A stretch of 64,000 nucleotides of DNA. Origin: Octopus vulgaris (taxonomy: Eukaryota). Made by a program: the position numbers and the translations under genes. Where the stretch lies: positions 13,702,001 to 13,766,000 of the forward strand of contig OX597816.1 of NCBI GenBank assembly GCA_951406725.2, in the 5' to 3' direction. The notes beneath the pieces were generated by a model. That model had not been told where the DNA came from and ran no database searches. It was given only the letters and a program-made list of their open reading frames with translations. This document shows, piece after piece, positions 57,980 through 64,000 of this stretch (position 1 is the first letter of the stretch; each line of letters begins with the position of its first letter).

Positions 57980-58170
57980 GCACATAAATAAGAAAGAAGA
58001 AAGCAAAGGACCACTGATGAGGTCACAGGAGTGTGAAGAAAAGAACTCTGGCCGAAATATGATTAAGATTGATGTAAAAACTGAATAAGGCTTGAAGCAA
58101 ATTAACACCAAATATATAGTGCGTGTGTTTTTATTGGCTAAACTGGCACAATGAGGCATTCTTAGATACA
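57980..58170 (+). mobile_element. Second, non-folded copy of the 39.7-kb hammerhead-bearing element
   Basis: Near-identical to 39720-39909; CTGATGA at 58014-58020. Confidence 0.75.
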
Positions 58171-59401
58171 AAAATAAGATGACAAAGTAGATGTGCACTT
58201 TAATGCACTCATGTAAAAGAGCGCTGAACTCATTTGCTTTGTTCACGTTCTACAGATGGAGGAGAAAGATAAAAGACATGACAGATTCGTTGTAATTTGC
58301 CAAGATTAATTCTTACTGTCGTCAAAACAAGAGAAAACAGCATATCAGATACCAAGGAAGTGGTGGTGGTGGTGGTGGTGGTGAGGCGAGTGATATGGAA
58401 GTTACAATGAGATTCTTTTGTCTTAAGATCATTATTGTCTGAGAATTAATAGCTGCTTAGAATCAATATTGTTTGAGTAGGATTGTTTTTTTTCTAATAA
58501 TAATCAATGTCCTTTAATCAGTATCAGTGTTTGAATCTTTGTCTTTCGGAGGACGATGCCACGGAATCACCATTGTCTTAGAAAATATTTAAAAATGGGA
58601 AGATGTTATCTAGGAATCAAAAGTTAGATGTTTATGTAGATTAGATTAATGTATGTCAGAAGTTACAGACCAAAGAAAAGGATTAAAGCAGCTGAAGCAA
58701 CAAAGATAGATTGTATTAATTTTAGATAAATGCTGAACTGATAAATAGCGAAAGAGATAGATTAGTATGCTTCATTTTCTTAATTAAAAACAATATATCC
58801 TCCAGCTTAACGAATATTTTCCACAAAATTAATGTCAACCAGTCATTAACCCTTTCAATAGCCAACTCCCTGAGACAGCTTTTGGTTTCATGATATGAAG
58901 TATCTCATTTTCATATGATTTAAACATGTAAACCTTTTATGATATTTCGTTTTGGCAATGATCTCGCTCGAATCTTTTTACACATGCTACCGGCACAGGT
59001 GCCAGTAATGCGACGTTGGTAATGATCACATTTGAATGGTGCCCTTTTACGCACCACGGCACGGGGGCCAGTTGGCTGCTCTGGCAACGATCACAATCCA
59101 TGGCTTGCAAGATTCTTTATGTGAGTTCGTATGTTGAAGCATATTCTGTTGTGTCTGGGGAGAGTCATTTTCTTTTTGTGCCTTATAATATAACACACTC
59201 AAAGGTAAAATTTCCACTTATTTCTTATTTTTATTTTCCTAAACTTTTCGTTGCGTCTTGCAACCTTTTCCATACTGGCATGGGTTGGAAGGTTTAACTG
59301 GGGTCTGGGAAGCCAGAAGGCTGCACCAGGCTCCAATCTGATCTGGCAAGGTTTCTACTGCTGGATGCCCTTCCTAATGCCAACCACTCTGAGAGTCAAG
59401 A

Positions 59402-59438
59402 CTATTGAAAAGTTTGCAAGACGCAACAAAAATTTTAG
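59402..59438 (+). ncRNA. Hammerhead-like motif with U3-A8 core variant, in a fold-back element (59157-59519)
   Basis: Consensus of the two arms: CTA-TTGAAAA-G-GTTGC-aagac-GCAAC-GAAA-AT-TT-TAG. Each arm carries its own mutations. Confidence 0.55.
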
Positions 59439-60965
59439 GAAAATAAAAATAAGAAAAAAGTGGAAATTTTACCGGTGAGTGTGTTACATTATACGGCACA
59501 AAAAGAAAATGACTCTCCCATTTTATGATAATTTCCCCAAAGAAAATTTTATGTTTCAAACACCATCAAAGGTACAGGCATGGCTGTCTGGTAAGAAGCT
59601 TGATTCTCGACCACATGGTTCCAGGTTCAGTCTCACTGTGCAGCGCCTTGAGCAAGTGTCTTCTACTATAGCCTTAGGTCAACCAAAGACTAGGGAGTGG
59701 ATTTGGTAGATGGAAATTTATAGAAGCCCATTATCATCATCATTGTTTAACGTCCGTTTTCCATGCTGGCATGGGTTGGAAAGTTTAACTGGGGACTGGC
59801 AAGCCAGGAGACTGCACCAGGATCCAATCTGATCTGACAATGTTTCTACAGCTGGATGCTCTTCGTAACGCCAACCACGCCAAGAGTGTAGTGGGTGCCT
59901 TTTACATGCCACCAGCACAGGAGCCAGTCAGGCAGGCCTGGCATCAATCATCATCATCATTTAATGTCTACTTTCCATGCTGGCATAGGATGGTTTGACG
60001 GAAAAATCGTAAGCTTGGGGGTGGGGGTCTGCACCAGGTTCCAATCCGATTTAGCAAGGTTTCTACAGCTTGATGCCCTTCTTAATGATAACCACTCTGA
60101 GAGTGTAGTGGCAGCTGTGCCAGAGGCACATAAAAAGCACCCACTACACTATCAGAGTGGTTAGCATTAGGAAGGGCATCCAGCTGTAGAAAACTTGCCA
60201 GATCAGATTGGAGCCTGGTGCAATTGCAGGTTCTCCAGATCTCAGTCAAACCATCCAACCCATGCCACCATGGAAAGCAGACATTAAACGATGATGATGA
60301 TGATGATGATGATGATATATTTCTTTATTTTCTTTACTAGTTTCAGCTTGAGAGATGAAATGAAGTGTTTTGTCGATGAACACAACAAACTACCTCATCT
60401 GGGAATTGAAACCAAGGTCTTATAATACTGACCACAACACCCTGACTACTAAGCCACAAGCCTTCACTTATAAACGATACAGAAAAAATATTCATAAAGA
60501 CCTGCACAGATATTTCAGTATAGTTTTAACTGTGAACTTAATTGAAATAGTTCATAGTTTTAAAACGTCTGTTTCCAGTTTAGCCTAACTAAAGATATAA
60601 ATCAGGCAGCACCGAGCGTAATTCCAATGAATGCCTTTGACCCAGACTTACTCCAAGACACATTCTAATGTCAGTAATTACCGGGCATTTCTCAGATATA
60701 AAATAATTCCTTCAAGCAGGACAGTCTTACTTTAAGTGTACATACCCTCTTCTTGAACTGTTTTGATAATCATGTTAAAGGAAAGAAGCTGATAGATCCA
60801 ACAAGGTAATTATTGAAATAGTAATAAATAAGCCTGACAGCAAAGACCAAACAATAAGTCTTTTGCACAACAAACAATCACAATGTGAAATTAAGCCATC
60901 ACGTAGCAGACAGCTTATAGTTAAGTACCTAATGACCTTGATTTATCACTGTTCTTCACATTAGC

Positions 60966-61004
<39 letters not shown>

Positions 61005-61504
61005 TGCTTAACGTCCGCTTTCCATGCTAGCATGGGTTGGACGATTTTGACTGAGGGCTGGCGAACCAGATGGCTGCACCAGGCTCCAATCTTGATTTGG
61101 CAGGGTTTCTACAGCTGGATGCCCTTCCTAACGCCAACCACTGCGAGAGTGTAGTGGGTGCTTTTTACATGAAATCTCCATGCTTTTCAAGAACCTCTTT
61201 TAAAATATTCTAAATGTACCAAGAGCTTGCATAATTACTCTTTGCTTTTAACTCTTTAACTTGTTTCAGTCATTTGACTGTGGCCGTGATGGAGCACCAC
61301 CTTTAGACTGTCCAACCCATGTTAGCATGGAAAGTGGAGGTTAAATGATGAGGATGATAGAAATATAATATAACAAAATATAAAAACACCAAAACAAACA
61401 AAAAAAAATAATTTTTGATACTACAAGACAATGTCTTTTTGCAAACAGAGCGTTCATTCCGAAAAAAATAGCAATAATGCCAAATGTAGGAACAGAATAC
61501 TTAC

Positions 61505-61671
61505 ATATCCGACCAACCATGCTCTCCCATAATTTGAACCGCTTTGGTATATTCTGAAGCTGCCATGTACATTTCAGCTGCAACTTTGGGTTCGTTGCTG
61601 CTCTTGGCCCAGTCTGCCTGTTTGCTGATTAGCTGGCGTTCGTCCGCAGCGGCACCTGAGCCAATATATTC
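61505..61671 (-). CDS. IFT122: IFT122 coding exon, 167 nt: EYIGSGAAADERQLISKQADWAKSSNEPKVAAEMYMAASEYTKAVQIMGEHGWSD(M)
   Basis: Manual translation; resembles human [28 protein letters not shown]...GDHGWVDM; acceptor atctag, donor GTAAGT; in phase with neighbouring exons. Confidence 0.95.
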
Positions 61672-61887
61672 CTAGATGCAATAATAAGAAATTAACAGAG
61701 ACATTATTATAGTACATTCTTAAGTCACAGGTGTTAACAGGTGTAATTTAGAATAGTTATACACACACACATACATTTGTATGAAGGAAAGCAGAACTAG
61801 CTTTAGTAATACAATATAATAGTGAAAATATTGGAATTATCAGCACATCATTATCATCATCACTACGACCATCATCAGCAGCAGTAT

Positions 61888-61923
<36 letters not shown>

Positions 61924-61943
61924 CTTCTTCATCATCCTTTTAA

Positions 61944-62411
61944 CCCTTTCGTTACCAACCAGGCTGGAACCGGCTCTGGCACTTTAGTACAAATGTCTTG
62001 TTTTCAAAAGTCTTGAATTAAAATCTTCCACCAAACCTTAGTCACAATTTATGTTCCTAACACCAGCTGAACGATAACTAAGTTATTTCATTAAATTCTT
62101 TGTTATATTTAAAATTAATTGAAAGAAACACAGAGCATCTCAAAATAAATATAGTAACAAAAGGGATAAAGTCACTATGATATTTTTAACCCTTTTGTTA
62201 CCAACCCAGCTGAAACCACCTCTGGCTCTGTAGTACAAATGTCTTGTTTCCATAAATTCTAAATTAAAATCTTCCACCAAACCTTAGTCACAATTTATGT
62301 TCCTAACACTAGTTTAATGATAACTAAGTTATTTAACTAAATTCTTTGTTATATTTAAAATTAATTGAAAGAAATATAGAGCATCTCAAAATAAATACAG
62401 TAACGAAAGGG
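61944..62411 (+). mobile_element. Second dimeric piggyBac-like MITE
   Basis: Same TIRs, TTAA flanks and the same internal junction as 15288-15723. Confidence 0.82.
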
Positions 62412-62740
62412 TTAATGTCCCCTTTTTCATGATCACATGGGTCAGGTAGAGCAGGATTCATCAAGGTAGACGATTTCATGGTTAAATACCTTTTCTGTCA
62501 CCAACCTTCACTCGTATCCAACAAAGGCAATAATACTTCACGGCCAGACATGTCTTCAGGGAAGATTGGAAATAAAATATATCTCGTATATGATGGATGA
62601 AGACACTGATTTACTTCAATGACAAAATGTCAGGATAAGGTGGCACAAACAGTGCCATTCTAGCAACAGAAAGACTTTCTTGAGAAGTTAAAGGATTATT
62701 TAAAAAGAGAAAAAGTAGGAGAAAGCTTAGCAGAAATTAC

Positions 62741-62902
62741 CTTTGCATAATCAAACATTCGGAGATCCGAAAACATAGACATTGCTCTGTGTTCTTGGCC
62801 AGCTTTCTTGTAGAGTTTGGCTGCTTCTTGGAATTTCCCTTTGTGAGCATAAATATCAGCAAGGAACACAAGATTATCGGTTTCTCCACATTTCCTTCGA
62901 TC
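62741..62902 (-). CDS. IFT122: IFT122 coding exon (first in window), 162 nt, phase 0/0: DRRKCGETDNLVFLADIYAHKGKFQEAAKLYKKAGQEHRAMSMFSDLRMFDYAK
   Basis: Matches recalled human IFT122 ([35 protein letters not shown]...MFEYAK); acceptor ttacag, donor GTAATT. Confidence 0.95.
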
Positions 62903-62954
62903 CTGTAAGTTTATATCAAGATGTGCATCAATGAATGGATGTATGTGCAAATAC

Positions 62955-63001
<47 letters not shown>

Positions 63002-63096
63002 ATGTATATATGTATATGTATATATAGATATGTATGTATGTATGTATGTATGTATGCATGTATGTATATGTATATATGTATGTATTTATGTATATG

Positions 63097-63127
<31 letters not shown>

Positions 63128-63362
63128 ATATATACATGCATATATATATATATGCATATATTTATGTACATAGGGTTCAAATCCAACTTGTGTATATCTA
63201 TATATATACAAATATATAATAAGCGTGTATGAATATATATGTATGGGTATATGTATATGTGTAAATGTGTATATATATAAACAATTGCAGCGTGGAAGGT
63301 GTTGGTAAGCAATTTAAGAAACACACCAAAGCCATTCGATTCACTTCAACATTTAAGTTTAA

Positions 63363-63413
63363 TTTGTCAAAATATTTTCGTCGCTTTAAGACCGCGACCT
63401 GTTCACTGACAAA
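63363..63413 (-). ncRNA. Minimal type I hammerhead ribozyme-like motif with compensatory G3-C8 core
   Basis: TTTGTCA-GTGAACA-G-GTCGC-ggtcttaaa-GCGAC-GAAA-ATAT-TT-TGACAAA: 7-bp stem I, 5-bp stem II, palindromic stem III. Lies in an element set in (AT)n, about 63280-63452. Confidence 0.7.
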
Positions 63414-63588
63414 AATCCGTGCTGCATCTGAGAAAGTAACGGTTAGTTCGTTATATATATGTACGTATGTATGTGTGTATGTATGTATACACGCATGTAT
63501 GCATGCATGCATGTATGTATGTATGTACGTACGTATGTACGCCTGTATGTATGTATCAAATCACTTGCTATGCAAGTACATCTCCGTA

Positions 63589-63631
<43 letters not shown>

Positions 63632-64000
63632 TTCAGATATGGACACAGATTTATATATGTACAAATATATATACATATATACATACACATGCACACACAC
63701 ACACACATACCCACACAACACATAACAGACTAAACAAATACAGACAATGAAAGATAAATACCCCAGACTAAATTTTCACAGTAATATTCTGTTAGTATGT
63801 CAACATTTTAGTTAAAGATGTGTTAACAATTATAACTGCAGGTCAACTAAATAGTTTAGATTAATATTTTAGCTAATCAAGTTGTGTATGAATTTAATTA
63901 CAACATAGTGAATTGTGTAGCCAACTAGGTTAGACTATAAATTAAGTTTAGGTCTACCAGACACATAAAAATGAAAAAAGTAAACTAATCTCTTTTTTTT

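Overview
This is AT-rich, microsatellite- and SINE-dense animal DNA; the SINE repertoire points to an octopus/coleoid cephalopod (inference). The window lies inside one minus-strand gene, IFT122 (IFT-A subunit). Eight coding exons between 62902 and 7269 join in frame to give 1110 nt / 370 aa of the C-terminal TPR-like region. One intron is a 13.6-kb U12-type (minor spliceosome) intron, and the adjacent intron probably has a GC-AG donor. The introns hold several SINE families, a fragmented R4/Dong-like LINE in (TAA)n, a TAA-targeted non-autonomous element, Helitron-like elements, piggyBac- and mariner-type MITEs, and an 18S rRNA V4 fragment. The most unusual signal is a set of unrelated Penelope-like (PLE)-type elements, mostly fold-backs, carrying minimal type I hammerhead ribozyme motifs. 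These include compensatory core variants (G3-C8 and U3-A8) and a tRNA-headed SINE ending in a hammerhead. Nearly all ORFs in the supplied track are microsatellite artefacts. All homology calls are from recall and manual translation, not database searches.
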